64,000 bases of DNA, from NCBI RefSeq assembly GCF_009914755.1, contig NC_060927.1; one strand, 5' to 3'. The stretch comes from the human T2T-CHM13v2.0 reference genome, Homo sapiens. Under the pieces are notes generated by a model that saw only the letters and a list, made by a program, of their open reading frames with translations, was not told the DNA's origin and did no database searches. Positions within the stretch are counted from its first letter, which is position 1, and every line of letters begins with the position of its first letter. A program made the translations under genes and the position numbers. Shown one piece after another: positions 14,661 through 30,818 of the stretch.

Positions 14661-17217
14661 TCTCTAGAGGCCTGAAGTTAATAAATTTCAGTTTCCTCTC
14701 CTCTCCCCACATGACCAGAAGACCTGAGACACAGAAGCCTTGGTGCAGTGCTGCTGAGTGTTACCCCCCCCCGCTTTGTTTTTGCTTGCCTGTGCACGGC
14801 CAGTTTTACAGCCGGGCTGCTTATGTGAAGACGTCCACTCACATCCTGGTCATCATTAATCCCCTCATTAAGCAACCCATGAGGAAGAAGCAGTGGGAAC
14901 GGCCGTGGCTCTGCACAGGTTGGGCTCTGTTGGAGATGGGACGTGAAATCTTTGCACGCCACTGGCCATGAGTCATTGGAAGACTGAGCTGTGTCCCAGA
15001 GAGGATGACAGGAAACCGCAGGCTCTGGCTTCACTCTTGCGGTGACAGTCTTTGAGAGGCTGGATGACCATGGTGGTTCAGCTGTTCCCCGATGGCTGCC
15101 TCCCTACCAGTGCTGGGCTGTGTTTTTCTTGGCCAGTTGGAATGTGGAATGCTTCCTAGCTCAGTCAGTGCTGTGGAAGGAGACAAATCTACTTCCCAAG
15201 TCTCCACCCCCCTGCTCCAGCTACTACAATCATTTTGTACAACTCCTTCCTGCTGTTTGGAGACATATTTATGGGCAGTTGGGACACAGGGACTCTTCTC
15301 CTTGGCAACAGCTTCCCACCAAGCCAAGCAAACTTTGAAGTGGTCTTGGTTCCTGAGTGAGCAGAACATCTATCGTCCAGCAACATATGCCCTTTTGTTT
15401 GGCTCCCAGTTTCATGACCTCTGTGATATAAGATGGGACCTTCAACAACAAGCCCAAACAGGAGTCTCTCATTCTTGTGTTGACAAAACTTCTTTCTTGA
15501 TTCATTTCTGTCCCACTTCATGCATGGATCACACTCACCATCTGAAAAATCTAGTATTCTGCCTTTTTCATTAAGAAAAAGAAAAGGTTTCATCATGCAT
15601 TTAGCTGTTAGTATGTACATTGCACTGTGTGATGCCCAAAGAAGGGCAAAACACAGCCCTGATCATCTAGAACCTAGGGGAGACTTAAACAAATATGTGA
15701 AAAGCTGGGGAGAATTGCATTACTGTAAGAATGGCTGGAGTTTGGCCTTTAACCAAGTCCTGAATACAAGTCTTGTTTCTGCTGCTGAATAACTGGATGT
15801 CTCCTTATTCGCATCCATAAAACAGATGAACAAGCACCTCTGCCTCTCAGGGTTGCTTGTGAAGACTAAATGAGACAATGTCCTATCAAGCACTTGTCAG
15901 AGTCTCTCACATGTAATTAACACTCCGTACGTGGAAGCTGTGATTACTTCTCATATTTAGGATGTGGGGGTATGTACAGGGCATTGTCTACTTTATAAAT
16001 GTCTCTTCTTCCAAAATGGAACTGGACAAAGTCAAGACAGAAAACAGTTTCAGATATCCATTCAAAGCAAGGATAGGTACTTAGCACTGAAGCAAAATCT
16101 TTGCTAAGATATCTATAGGAATTGGTAAATGTAAATCATTCAGGGGGTCTTTTTAAAACGTGGCCTGAGTTTATCCCCTTTTGGGTCAAAGACAGATGTC
16201 AGAAAGCTTCTTCTTTACCCAGCTTTGCAACCTCCCATCTGCCTTCAATTAGGCAAGCGGTCAGCCTCTCCACATTTAGGGTACACCAAGGCAAGGCCCT
16301 GAGTTACACTCTTGTCGCAAACCCACTAGGAATGACTTCACAGCTGGACACGGTTTGTCCCACAGAAATTCCAGACACAACATTGCCCAAAGCATTTAGG
16401 CCTTGCAGACCACGACATTATATTTTAACATGTCACTCATAATCCTGATTCTTCCTCTCTCCCTATCTGGAAACTCACGTTTGCCTCTCAGATTGCATCC
16501 TCTATGCTTTGAAAACACTGAGTGATAACCACACTGACTCATCTGTTCTGAGAGGAGGCTTGCTCTGGCCAGGCCAATTTGAACTCTGAGCCACAGGCCC
16601 TGACTTCTGAACCTTCTCTAATGAGTCTGTTTTGTGCCTTACATATTTTTACCCAAAGATAAGATCTGTTCTCATTTTCTCTAGATCTATTTATGCATCC
16701 CTAATAAGCAAGTTGTTATAAAAAAGCAAGTTTAGATGTAGTCTAAACACTTGAATGTGTAGCAGCTGCAAGATTACCTGTTTGAAGTCTGTTGATGAGA
16801 CTTCTCCCAGGGAGGACATAGCAAAGGGAAAGGCATTCAAATCATGAGAAGAACATAGAGGTGGGGTTTTTGGTTTTAGTTTTGGTTTTATTCCAAGCCA
16901 AAAGACTAAGCTCAGAGAGCATAATATCTCCATTCCTCAAGGTCATGGCCAGGCCCAGATGTTTTTTGCTTTGTCCAACATTTGTAGGCTCCTCATTTCT
17001 GGCAGTAGGTGCATACAGTATAGACTTGACTTCCTTTGAATTTCCTGCCATTAATAAGGCCCAGGGTCAATATAAAATATGTATTGAATATCTAGTCACA
17101 TTTTTTCAGGCAGCATTAAAATTCTTCTCTATGGAACATAATGTTTGATGTACTTGGAAAAGGCTACTTTGTTTTATAATATGTACCTCTGAGGAAGTCA
17201 AATATTTTTATTCCTTG

Positions 17218-17299
17218 ATTCCTTCCCTCCCTCCCTCCCTCCCTCCCTTCCTTCCTTCCTTCCTTCCTTCCTTCCTTCCTTCCTTCCTTCTTTCCTTCT
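17218..17299. repeat. (CCCT)n(CCTT)n polypyrimidine tetranucleotide repeat
   Basis: Read directly; homopyrimidine mirror repeat. Confidence 0.97.
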
Positions 17300-17559
17300 A
17301 CTCTTCTATCCTTTCATCTATTCATTCATTTCTCCATTAACACATTTTTTCACATTTATGTCAAGTATCTACTGTGGGCCAAGCAGTGAGCTAAGTATTA
17401 GAGATAAAAATAAATCGAACATCCAACTTGATTTTTAATCTTGTAGGGGAGAGAAAGTTAAACTGGGAAAATGATGTAACCAAAGTATAAGTAAAGTTCA
17501 CTGGGAGAGTCAATAAAGTTCACTGGGAGACCCATGGGGGAAGAATTTGCTTCTAGAAT

Positions 17560-17760
17560 AATTAGAGCTGGGCTTGAAACTGGCTCTCTCCCTAACTAGC
17601 TGTGTAACCTTGGGCTTTACTTAACTCCTGTGAGCCTTGGTTTCCTCATCTTAAAATGGGGATTATAGTAGAATCTATTTCATTGGATTGTAGTGAGGAT
17701 TCAGTGAATGAATGAGGTAATCATAAAAAGGGTTCAGTGCAGTACTTGACTTCTCTATGA
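17560..17760 (+). mobile_element. MIR
   Basis: ACTAGCTGTGTAACCTTGGGC...GTTTCCTCATCTTAAAATGGGGATTATAGTA. Confidence 0.85.
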
Positions 17761-20700
17761 TTAGAATTAGTGATCCTGTCTAGGAAAACCTTACAGAAGA
17801 GGTAACATTGGTCTTAATCCTGAAGAATGAGTAGGGACTTGAAAAGGGGGAAGAACATTGCAAGTAGAGGGAAAACCATGTCTAGGCCTGGAGTCATGCA
17901 TATGTGTGACGTGTTAGGCAGCAGATGGTCAGTGTGGTCAGACAGAGGGGATGTGTGGGATGGGAGTTGAGACTGGACAAGTAGGACAGCTGGAAAAGGA
18001 CTATGTATTCGATGGTGAACTACATGCTTCAGACAGGAAACAATGGAACGTAGCATGGTAGTTCTCACTCCAGAAACCAGAGACTGAATCCTGGAAGGAG
18101 AGAGACGGATAAGAAGCAGTTTCTTAGCTGTCCATCGGCCTCCTAAGGTTCGCATAGAGCTTTCAGCTCTGTTGTCCATCCAGTAACCCTAAGATATTTT
18201 CCAGTTTAGGCTAAGGTATTTGGCAAAAGATTCGGGAGACCTCCTGCCTTCCTCTTCTTCTGCCACTGGCACACCCTCATGGTCCACTCTGATGGTGAAG
18301 GGCTGGGAAGTGGGAATTCTTGGGTCTCCTCATTCATCATCATGGCTGAGTCTAATGGGATAATGGTTGAACAAGAGGGTCTTCAAGGTTACCCCCAGTT
18401 CTGAGTCATGATTCCAAGTTACAGGGATTCACTTAACCTCATAAGATAAGTAATGGGCCCAAGGTCATACAGCCAGGGAGTAGCAGAACCAGGATTTGAG
18501 CCTAAGCTGCCTAGCTCTAGACTCTGTACTCTTAGTTTTTGCCTTACACTGTCTCTATTCTGTGCTCAACCATTTTGCCCAGGCCAATGATCACATTTCC
18601 CTACTTTCTGTTGTTCTCAAGTTTAGACTTAGAATTTAACTTGGGAGCAAGTGGGTTTTGTGGTCTGTTTAATTAAAATTCTAGAACACAGAGTTCTCAG
18701 CAGAGGTCTTGCTCTGGAAAGCATCCTGGGGGCTGGACCTTATGCAAGGCATGGGAACACTTGCAACAAATTTTTCCCTGTACTGGCTGGCCTTTAGGAA
18801 TGGGGCTCCTGGAGAGGAACTTGATTGGCCTCACTGCTCCTCTTGCCACATGTGGGGTGGCCAGATTCCATTATTTTGCAGCACAGGTGAGGATGAGGAA
18901 GTGTGCATGTGTGTGTATGTCTTGTGTTGTGTTTGGAGGATTGTCCATAATGGAAGTGCATAAACATCAATCAAGGCTTCTTTTTCTTTTTGGGTGTTCA
19001 AAGTGTGGAGGTGATATATCCTGTTCTAAATTGTGAATGGTATTTTCAAATACTTTAAAACAACGCTTATTATCAAAGGGCAGAAGAGATGTGCTTAAAG
19101 GTAATAACACCTTATTGGCTTAGAGGCACCTCGCTGGCTTTAAAATGCTTTCTTGGCCTGGAGTGTAAATGTTATTGGCTTTGAACTCACTCCCAAATTA
19201 TACAAAGGTTTTGTCCCTCTCTTGACTGCCAAATGTTTGAGCCCCACTTCAGCAGTGTCTTGCTGAGAGGCCACACTGCCATAGGCCCTCAGACAGCTGT
19301 AAAATCTGACAGCCTGAGTGAGGGAATCCAAATCTGTTTCTTATTGAGTAGCCAAGATGGCTGGGTAACACCACAGCCAGCTGTAGATCACTTTTATGGA
19401 CAGCAAGGGATGTGTCATCTCAGTAGCATCTGCACAAAGTATCTTCTTGGATGATTCCAGGCTGAGGAAGGGCCAGGTGTGGCTGTACATTTTTGTAAAA
19501 CCCCTCACATGTGAACAAAGTCCACTGCTCAGCACATCCTGCGCTTTTCCAGCATCTCTTAGATAGTGAATTTGGTACCTCTTGATCATTGAAATTCAGG
19601 AATCAACTTAAAAGGTAACTTTCTGGTGCTACAGCACATCTCTCTCCTTCTAATGCCGAATTCACTTCATTATCCAAGCCCTTTGGTCTCTGACTTACAG
19701 TAAATAATTATCCACAGCTGTTGCAAGTTGGTTTATCCTCCAATAAAGGTCAGGATGACTGACTAGACATCAGAGGAAAAACTTCTAAAATTTGGTGTTT
19801 AGACTAACTTACATCTATGTTTATCTCTTTTGTGTTTGTTGTAACTAAATAGGCGAGTGCGGTTTGTGGTTAAAGCATGACCAGGCAACCTGGATGTCAT
19901 GGTTTTCTCTCTAGTTCTTTAATTTTGATGCATGTGGAATTCTCTCCTCCTTTGATGCCTCAATTTCCCCAGCTGTCACACATAGATCAGCATTCAAGGG
20001 TTCCTCTCATAGACTTCCTCGGGGGTGATGGGGAGAGTAATGGGGATCTGCTTGTCCATACTCTAAAAAACCAAATTCTAGAAACCAATTCTCTTTATAA
20101 GACCCAGGGAAGGCCAATCCACCTCCATTGCTTGACAGACTTCACCTAAAGCTGAAATAGTCACAAACTAAAGTTTGCTGGACCATGCAATGAAGCTGCA
20201 AGTACTCCCCAGGGGAGTTTACCTTCAACACCAGGAGGCCAAAGAAACAAAAAGGCCCCATGTCCCAGCAGGAAATGGGACACACTGGTGCATTTCCATT
20301 CACCAGGAAAACTAGAAGGAGAGGGAAACTTCTGCCACGCACATTTCCAGATGGGATTTGTGGGCTTGGCTCATGGTGGGGCCCACACAAGCTCTCCAGC
20401 TGTGTCCTGGGATCTCTAGGAAGAGGCCTAACAGCAGGATGAGGCAGGAGACGTACTTCCAGGGATAAAAATTTATTAGGATAAAACCTAATGCAAACAC
20501 AATTTTCTCTGGAAACACCAACAAGAGGAGCAAAAGAATAAGCAAAGATGATTCCAAAGAAAATGAAAGCGATTGCGATTAATGGTTGGGGAGGAAGGGA
20601 GGAAACTACAGGCCAAGAACAAAGAACAAGAAACCTCTGAAGCTTGCTACAAAGGGAGCTCTTGACCCCCTAGTTGAAGTCATTATTATTTCATGCCTAC

Positions 20701-21101
20701 TAGGGCTGCCAAACGGGCCTCTCTGAACTTGAGCTCTGCTTTTTTGAATAATACACTCCCATCATCATGTTGATTAGAGTACAGGCTAGGAGCATGGTAT
20801 AAGGTAGAACCTTTTGGGATCAGACAGACCTGGAGCTGTATGAGTTATTTAACCTCACTGTGCCACAATTTCCTTGTCTGTACAATGGGGATATGATACT
20901 ACCTGCCTTAAATGCAATCATGCTTGTGAGGTACCTAACACACTTATCCCTCAATAAACGATATTATTACTTCTCTTAGCACTATACTTCTTTCACACCA
21001 CTTCCCTGCTTAAAACCCTTTCATGACTCCTCATAGCCCATGGCATGCATAAAGGGTGAGCAATTTTTTTACAGTCAATGGCTCCACCTTGCTTTCTGGA
21101 C

Positions 21102-21301
21102 CAGAGCTGTCCAATAGAACTCTCCACAACAATGGAAATGTTTTCTATCTGTGCTTTCCACTCTGGCAGCTATCAAGTCCAGGTAGCTATAAAAAGCAGA
21201 TAATATAATTGACGAACAGATATTTCAATTGTATTGAATTTTAATTCATTGAAATTTAAATAGCCACGTGTGGTAAGGGGCTATTATATTGGACAGCACA
21301 A
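21102..21301. mobile_element. MER3 (hAT-Charlie MITE)
   Basis: Inverted termini GCTGTCCAATA / TATTGGACAGC, about 200 bp. Confidence 0.85.
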
Positions 21302-21739
21302 GTCTTAGACTTTTATATCTGCTTCAGAAAGCCTCCACTCTAGCCAAATGGAGTTTTTCACTTCTTGTTTTTTTGCCTCTGAGTCTTCATGCCTGCAGAG
21401 TGCTGCATATGGCTGAGTGGTTTGTGCACTGGAAAAAAAAGAAAAAAGAAAAAAAGAGTGGTGAGGGTGGCCCAGAGAGCCAGAAAGTGGAAGCTGAAAT
21501 TAAGCCAGCTCTTGCAGGAAGGACAAGGCATTTTTTTTCTAATTCACCCACCCAGAAGGGAACCTTGCTCTAAGGTGCCTTTAGGTTGGCAGTGTGCCAC
21601 TGCACCACTCCTCCTTCTTATCCCCTCTCTGGATGAAGCCAGCTTGCCTTTTGGGACTAGCCCAAACTCCTGCTTGCTTACAAAGCTTCTCCTTCCTCTG
21701 ACCTTCCAGAACTTTCTTTCCTCTGTGAGACGTGGCAGA

Positions 21740-21985
21740 GGCCAGTAGTTAAGAGTTCAGTATGTGAAGCCACGTGCCTAGCTGGAATCCCAGCTCTCTC
21801 ACTTACTTGGTGTGTAACCTTGGACACCTTTCATCTCTCTAAGCCTCAGTGCTCTCAACTATAAAATGGGAATGACAACAATAGTGTTTCTCTCATAGAA
21901 AGGAACTAAAGAGTTCTAATAAGTACATGAAAATATGGTTAGGTTCATAGCATGGTGTCTGGCACAAAGTGAGCATGGATTGCAT
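21740..21985 (+). mobile_element. MIR
   Basis: AATCCCAGCTCT...TGTGTAACCTTGGAC...CTCTAAGCCTCAGT...ATAAAATGGGAATGACAA...GTGTCTGGCACA. Confidence 0.8.
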
Positions 21986-21992
21986 GTTTATA

Positions 21993-22612
21993 TACTCATT
22001 CTTTCTTTCAATAAATATTTACTGAGCATCTACCATATGCCAGATGCTTTGTCAAGCTCTGGAGATCCAATAGTGACTAAACATGGATAAGATCCCTCTC
22101 TATCTGGAGGTGTATCTTAAATGATGACTCAAACTGCAGAGCTGCAGCTGGGACAAGGCCAAAGGGAAGATCCTTAGTGCTATGAGAGCCTGTTGTAGGT
22201 TTTATCTGACACAAGGAGTTCAAAGAAGGCTTTGCTGAGGATGGCATGTTTGAAGTGAGAAAGGAAGGAAGATAAATAGGTGTTGAGTAATTGAAGAGAA
22301 GAGAAAAGGGTGTTTCAGACAGAGGGAACAGCATATGAAAAGGCCTTTGCTTGGTGGGGCTGGAAATTTCCCAAAAGGAAAGCAACAGAAAGAATTGGAC
22401 GGGGCATGGCATAAGACCAGGGTATAGCGGTTGGAGGAACGCCCCAGGCAGAATCTTGTAGGCATGCAAGAAAGAGCAGAGGAATGACATGGTCTGCGTT
22501 GCTTCTCCACAAAATCTCTCTAGTTTCAGTGTGAAGAATCAATCTGACAGTAGACAGGGTGGAAGCAGATCTGGAAGTCACTGCAGCTCTCCAGGCAAAA
22601 GATGATGGTGGA
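21993..22612 (-). mobile_element. L2 relic
   Basis: TTCAATAAATATTTACTGAGCATCTACCATATGCCAG tail and L2 body (CAGACAGAGGGAACAGCATATGAAAAGGCC). Confidence 0.8.
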
Positions 22613-23329
22613 GGAAAAAAAATAAGTCTGGATTTGAAAGTAATATGTTCCTCTCATCCAAGAATTAATGACATGCTAGCTTTTGATGGCTAACACAGTT
22701 TTGTATTTCTATTTATTCAAGTATCTTATCACCATCTGAAATGCCCTGCCCTGGTGCCCCAATTAGAGAATAAGATCACTGTAGGCAAGGGTTGTTTTCA
22801 TGTTTCTTTGTAAAACTTGCATAAACAAAGCAGACCATGCTGTTCCTCTTCTCTTTCTTCCGTGCCTACACCCTGCTTATAGTAACTGCAAAAGGAATAA
22901 TTGCTAACCCATTTTCTAAATTTCATGAACCAGTGAGAAGGACAATAGTATGAATGGATGAAGACATGACAGATTGTGAAGTACATAATAATGGAAACCT
23001 CTTTTTCTCTTTGTTGCCAGGGAAACCAGCGCAAAAACTAATAAGGGGAAAGAAAAAGACTCACAGCATCACTAGAAAAGGAGGAAAACTTCTTTTCCAG
23101 GTGGGCAAATCTTACCTGAGGGAGGTGAGCAAAGCAAGCATAACAGTACTCACCTCCCAGGGGTGTGTATACATACAATGAAAGACAGGATCTAACACTA
23201 ATCTTCATGCATGTATTCTACATGCAAAAGTTGCTATTATTGTTGATAGAAACAACACAAAATAACTAACTGAGCTTTCTTCCTTATTCTCTTCTCAACT
23301 TCAGACTTTCACCTTAGCTTTTTGTTTTC

Positions 23330-23830
23330 AGGAGAGAGCAACAAAAATTCCAACATAAGGTAACCAGAAGGAAATTGCTCTGTCAAACAACAAGAGTGAA
23401 ATCTGGTCCAGCATCCTGGTCTTCTCCAGGAATGTCCAGGAGCTCAACTATGTCATCAAGAATAAGATTGTTTTCTGCTCTCTGTTTTACACAGGACTAG
23501 GCTCAAATCCAAAATGATTCCCCTCAAGGTCATAAGGTAAATGGGGCAGCCCAGGCAGGATCTTGGCATGGAAGGGAAAAGCCCTAGAGCAGAAATAGGG
23601 TGACATCCCTTGTCTTTCCCCAGAGAAAAAAAAATGAAAAACTTCTTCCCATGCCATGGACTTAAAACTCATCCCCTTTAATCTGATTGGGCCAACAGAG
23701 GTCACATTGCATCTTCCCAGACCAATCATAGTCTCCATGAAAAAAATGCCATGTTCTGATTAGCTTAGACTAAGAGTTACCACTGGGATTGAGGATACAG
23801 AGGTTTCCTGAACAAAATTGGGTGCATTCA
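23330..23830 (-). mobile_element. Old MaLR LTR relic (MLT1J/K/L-like)
   Basis: TCTGATTGGGCCAACAGAGGTCACAT...AGACCAATCA...TTCTGATTAGCTTAG pattern typical of antisense old MLT1. Confidence 0.5.
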
Positions 23831-24902
23831 GAAGTAGAAAAGGTAATCAAGTATGCCCTTATAGTAGTGAGCTACTTTCTAGAAAAATGAGATGCCTTAT
23901 AACTGACCCAAGTTCCACTTCCTTCATCCATCCATTCACTCACTCACTCAGGGAATATTTATTGGGTGCTGACTCTGTGCCAGGGACCAGGCGAGCTTAT
24001 TCAGGCACCTCAAGAATTTTTCAAATACCTCTGCACATATTTTTCATTCACTGGCCACATATGGAGGCAAGTAGCCATATAAATAGACAGATGTATTCAT
24101 GTGGCACATTTTCAAAAATCCATGCTCCTAACACTCAGTTCTCACATTCAGATCTTCATAAATCTGGATTCCACTGGGACCAGGTCACGATATCATTTTG
24201 GGCCATTGTCAAGGAGGATTTACGATGGTTGTTTGCATGACCCAACCATATGCTGTGGCTGGAGAAATACTCTGGTTAGCCTGCTTTGACGTATGTATTG
24301 ATGACAAAGAAAGTTACACCACACCACAGGAAAAAAACAACATGAAAACACTCCCAAATCTGTCCGTAAGCTCCCTGTAGAAATAATGACCTTCCTGGTA
24401 AAATCAAGAGATGATTAAAAGTAATTAATGGATACTTCTCAAAAAAGACATAACAATCAGAGGATCTGGAAGCCAGCTGTTGTAACATTTCTTGAGAACA
24501 AGGTGCATTTTATTGGCTTCATGAAATGCATGCCTTCGGCCCCACAGCAGAAGGCCAGGAAACGCAGATCTGACCCAGGGATAATGCCAGTTTTCTGTTC
24601 TTATATCCTTTCAGCACAGAGCTCAAGTCTTAGAAAACAAGGGGCAATTTTCTGAACTGACTTGATGTTTTCTTGTGTGTGACCTGACAAATGTGAGTGC
24701 CTTACTTGATGATCTGAGGGAACAGGCCCCTTATCTTCACAGACAGAGCAATCACTCAATTCTAGAAGGAAGCCAGGGAAAGAAGGAAGACAACAATCCA
24801 TTGAGCCTTGGTTTCCTCATCTGTAAAGTAGAATACTACTATCTATACTGCACAGGTAGATATGAAGATTAAATAAAATACTGAACATACAGAATATTAG
24901 CA

Positions 24903-25087
24903 AGGGCAGGGAGTGGGGAGAGGGGTTGATCACAAAGCAGCAGCTTGAGGGAAGTTTTTTGAGTGATGAAACTATTCTCTATTGTGGTAATGGGGGTGGT
25001 TATATAGCTGCATGCATTGTCAGAGATCATAGATGTCTACATTGAAAAGAGTGAATTTTAATTTATACAAGTGAAAAAGTAAATAAG
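24903..25087 (+). mobile_element. L1ME/L1MC 3' end
   Basis: G-rich tract then GAGTGATGAAACTATTCT...GGTGGTTATATAGCTGCATGCATT...AAAAGAGTGAATTTTA. Confidence 0.7.
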
Positions 25088-25269
25088 ATGCCCTAACATG
25101 TACTTTTAAATTAATAAATCCCTAATGGAAAGCTAAGTGTTCATAATTTAAAAAAAATTACAGTGCCTAGCTTCAAAGATGTAATAGTTTTGGGGGACAG
25201 ATGTATAAAACGTCAGCTTTCTCACCATTTCCATGAAAGGTCTCTTCATATACACTCAGCTCTCTTGAC

Positions 25270-25670
25270 TGCAGACTTGTCTTGCTCCTGCTCCCAGGCT
25301 GTACAGATTTGCCTTGTCCCCTCCTCACATGCTGTTCCCATTGCCTGGCACAATTGTCTCTGCTATCCCCTTCATTTGGTTAGTCCTGACTTGCTTCTTA
25401 TATCTCAGTTTAGCCACTTCCTCTTGGAAGCCTTCCTGGAGACCTCCTCCCCAGGCTCAGGTTCCTGCCTCTTTTCTGTGCGCCTCAGCACCTCCCACCT
25501 GGGACTCTGCTTACCTGCCTGGCATCTCCATAGATTGTGAGGTGGTGAGGGTGAGGAGCTCAAGTCTTGTTTGCTGTTGTATCCCAGCATCCAGGACAGT
25601 GCAGGGGCCATATGAGGGAGTAGAGAAATGCCTATTAGGTGGATGGATGTGTGGGCAGGTGAATGAAGGC
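25270..25670 (+). mobile_element. L2 relic
   Basis: CATGCTGTTCCCATTGCCTGG...CTGTTGTATCCCAGCATCCAGGACAGTGC...GGATGGATG. Confidence 0.7.
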
Positions 25671-26289
25671 TGGAGAGGTTATAAGTGAGGAACAGATAAG
25701 GCCCGCTTTGAGATCTCAACTTAATCAGGATTCTTTACCTTGACAAGGAACAGGAGCCGACTTGAACAAGCTTAAGCAAAATAGAAGATTTACTGACAGG
25801 ATATTGAAAGAGTTCTGGAACTCATCATCAATGTGTTACATAAGAACCTGGAACCATAAACTAGATCGCCACTGGAAACCCAAGTGAATTGTGAATTGTT
25901 TTCTCCATCTCTAATTTTCATTTTTTTCCCCTGGAGATCACCTTCATCATTCTCTCTGTCCCAATTTTGTTCTGTCTTTCCCACGTGTACATTTTGGAAA
26001 AAGATCACCCAACAAATAGTTGTCTTCTCTTCCGTGAAGGAAAATAGCTCAGACTAACTGGCTGTTTGTAAACTCCAGTGCCCAAATCCTGGAAGGCAGA
26101 ATTTGATTGCTTCACTTTGGGTTGGGTCTCTGCCTGCCCATCAATCAACTCTGGTCAGGGTACGGGGTCCCACAGCACACACATGGCTGCCACAGTTAAC
26201 CCACGTCTTAGAGAAGTAGTGTTGTTTTGGGGTTGAGCAGACACTCTAATTAGTGATCACTGCTTTCACACACAAACTCATTAAGGTAA

Positions 26290-27121
<832 letters not shown>

Positions 27122-27759
27122 AAATTCCACAATACTTTTCAACTAAAAATACTCTGAGAAGATTCACAGGTTCTCAATAAAACCTGTATGGCAACTTCTG
27201 AATCAAGGTCACACTGCTCTTGGTAGTCAAAGGAAAGTATGGTAGCTATACCCAACAGTAAGTTGAAGGGGTGTCCGAAGCCCTAGGCAGGGAGTCTCCA
27301 CTTATACAGTTTAGGAGATTTAGCTTTGATCCTCCAGCTGCTGCCAGGATACTAATATATTCTGTCGAGAAACTTGCTCTCAGGAGATCTAGAGGTGAGC
27401 TCATCTGGGGGCTTTAGGGTATCATATTTAAAGCGTTGACCTCAGGAATTCAAAAGAGCAGTGAGCCCAGAGGCAGCAAGTGAGTGGCTCAGAGAGGAAT
27501 GTGAGAAGAGGAGGTGAGGAAGGGCAAGCAGACATCGACAACTGTGTCTACAGTGTAGCTTTGCTCTACCTGAACTAATTATGCCCCTAAAGATAATGAA
27601 CTTTGGTGCTGCTAAGTTGGGTGCAGGGTAATGGGTCCTCATCTCTCATCCTCAACTTTAGTTACCATAGGTGGCTAGTACACCAGTCATGAAAGACACC
27701 TGGCTTCTTCTTCATGGGTAGGGAGCTTTGGCAATGCTGGAAACATCCACACCGTTGTT

Positions 27760-27905
27760 CCAGACTTTACTGATAAAAGTTGCCTGTGATGTTGGTCAAA
27801 AATCCAGATTTCTGGACATTTCATCTAGAATTTCTGCTTCAGTATTGCTAGATTGATCCCAGGAATCAGTTTTTTCACCATCAGGGAAGTTTGGGAAACT
27901 GCTGT
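27760..27905. mobile_element. MER5-type hAT MITE fragment
   Basis: AAAAATCCAGATTTCTGG...CCCAGGAATCAGTTTTT...AAGTTTGGGAAACTGCTG. Confidence 0.55.
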
Positions 27906-29039
27906 ACATTAGTGTTTGTAGAATCTGTCCCCTGTGATTGTAATAGTCCTTGCCAATGTTAGAGAGGCCACGGCACAGTGGTCTAAGATTGGGAAATGAT
28001 TCATAACTGCATACTCTGCATTGAAGGCTCTGAGACTAGAAAAAGAACCCACTGATGCCCAAGCAATCATGTGGCTGGGCTCTCCAAGACTGGAACAACC
28101 TTGAAATCTTATTTGCTTTAGGGTGTTGATCAAGGACAGGCAGAACTTGAGAGTCTCTCTCAAACAAATGGGCCAGCAAGGTTCCTGGCAAATAGGTGTT
28201 CCATACCCCATAAAACCACATGGTTTTTTGGTCTCCAAGGAGCATGACTTGCACAAATACAATCAGTGAGCCAAAAGTAATAATAGAGGAATAGAGTTCT
28301 TTTACTCCTGTATTTTGACAACAAGAAAGAAAATGTAGATCCTTGTAATACTTACTTCAATCTTATTGTCTTATACCTTCCCTAAACCCTGAAGTTACAC
28401 TGGAACCACCCCAGCCCCCAACACATACACTCACACACACAGCACGCACTCGCAAAACACACACATGCATGTATACCCAACATACACACCCTACATGCAC
28501 ACATTTGCATGCCCTTGCTGTGTTCTGAAGATGGCACTTTGCTTTCCCCCCTCCTTTTTCACTTGATGTTTTATTGTGGAGATTGACCTAGTTTTTCCCA
28601 CCCTCTATGTCAGATTCAGTCATCCTGCTGATGGTGGCTAAGAGATAGAAATGGAGGCGGTACCCATAGGATTCTCTCTACTAGGCTAGGGGAAAAGATG
28701 AGCCTGGGAATACTCCTCAATCCATTTATCCTATTGCATGAGTATCATTACAGGCAGATGAGAAATCTGCCTGCTTAAAGACAGAATTTTCTGATCCCTT
28801 GGAGAAAAGAAAATTAAAACTGTTGTTCTTCTTTCCATTAGACTGTGAGCTCCACAGTAGGTGGCCCTGGGCCCAGTGATCTGCACCTCACTAGGACTTA
28901 AACCTTGCCTCATACTTAGCACAAAATCTCCTAGAAGGCATTATTTATTGGGTAGTTACTATGTACAGCTAAGTAATTTATATGTATTAATTAAATTTTG
29001 CTTCAATCCATATCATTGCAGAGTATAAGTTCTAACATA

Positions 29040-29985
<946 letters not shown>

Positions 29986-30818
29986 CTTTTCTCCTGTGGA
30001 CGAGAGGCAGTCTAACACACCTTGTCACTATATTTTTCTTGAGCTCCAGACTGTGAAAGCACAGTAAATTTTTTTTCATCGTTCATTTCTTGTAAGCAAC
30101 TACCACTCCTGGGTAGATCCAGCTCCCAAGGACACTGGACAATGAAGGAAGTATATTTCCAAATCTGCAAATCATCAACAGAATTAAATCTAAATGTCAC
30201 ATTACATCCTGTCTGATATCTGGTCTTCCCTAAACAGACATAAAACTAAAATCTGTTTGGACTGCTTTGCCATTTTCCAAAGCATTTCCCAGACTCTTTC
30301 TTCTATCCTGCCTTCAAAGTCCTGCATTAGCCCCTCTCCCTCAAGGGCAGCTTGGCATGGGCTATGGTTCAACACATGTGGTCTTCAGTCTACTTTTGCG
30401 AGACAGGTTTCCTTAGGCATTCTCTGCAACATATGAAGCTCCAGAGGGCTGAAACTCAAGTGCAGGAAGCCAAGGCTCTGAGGGGCACGTGCAGCTCATG
30501 AAGTAGGTGGCCGATGCGAGCAAAGGTATGTCCACCCTGCCTCACAAACTCCAGATTGCACAACTAGGAACTGGAAGGAGATAAACTGAGCCCAAATGAA
30601 AGGAGCCCTTTATTGAATTTAGTGGAGTAAATTAATCTAATCTTACCTCCCCTAAAAGTGAGATGGATTAAATTCTCAATTGCTTCAAATTAATCTCTAA
30701 ATTGCCTCAAGAACATATTTTATAAATAAGAAATTCATGGTGCATTACACAGAAAGCAAGAGATGTTAAAAAAATCAAACTGGCATTTTTGTATATCTTT
30801 GATTTTTTTGTTGATGTC

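Noticed and set aside
14543-15792. Stack of overlapping 78-160 aa ORFs on both strands
   Set aside because: No recognisable homology or consistent exon structure; partly MIR-derived; expected by chance in moderately GC-rich DNA.
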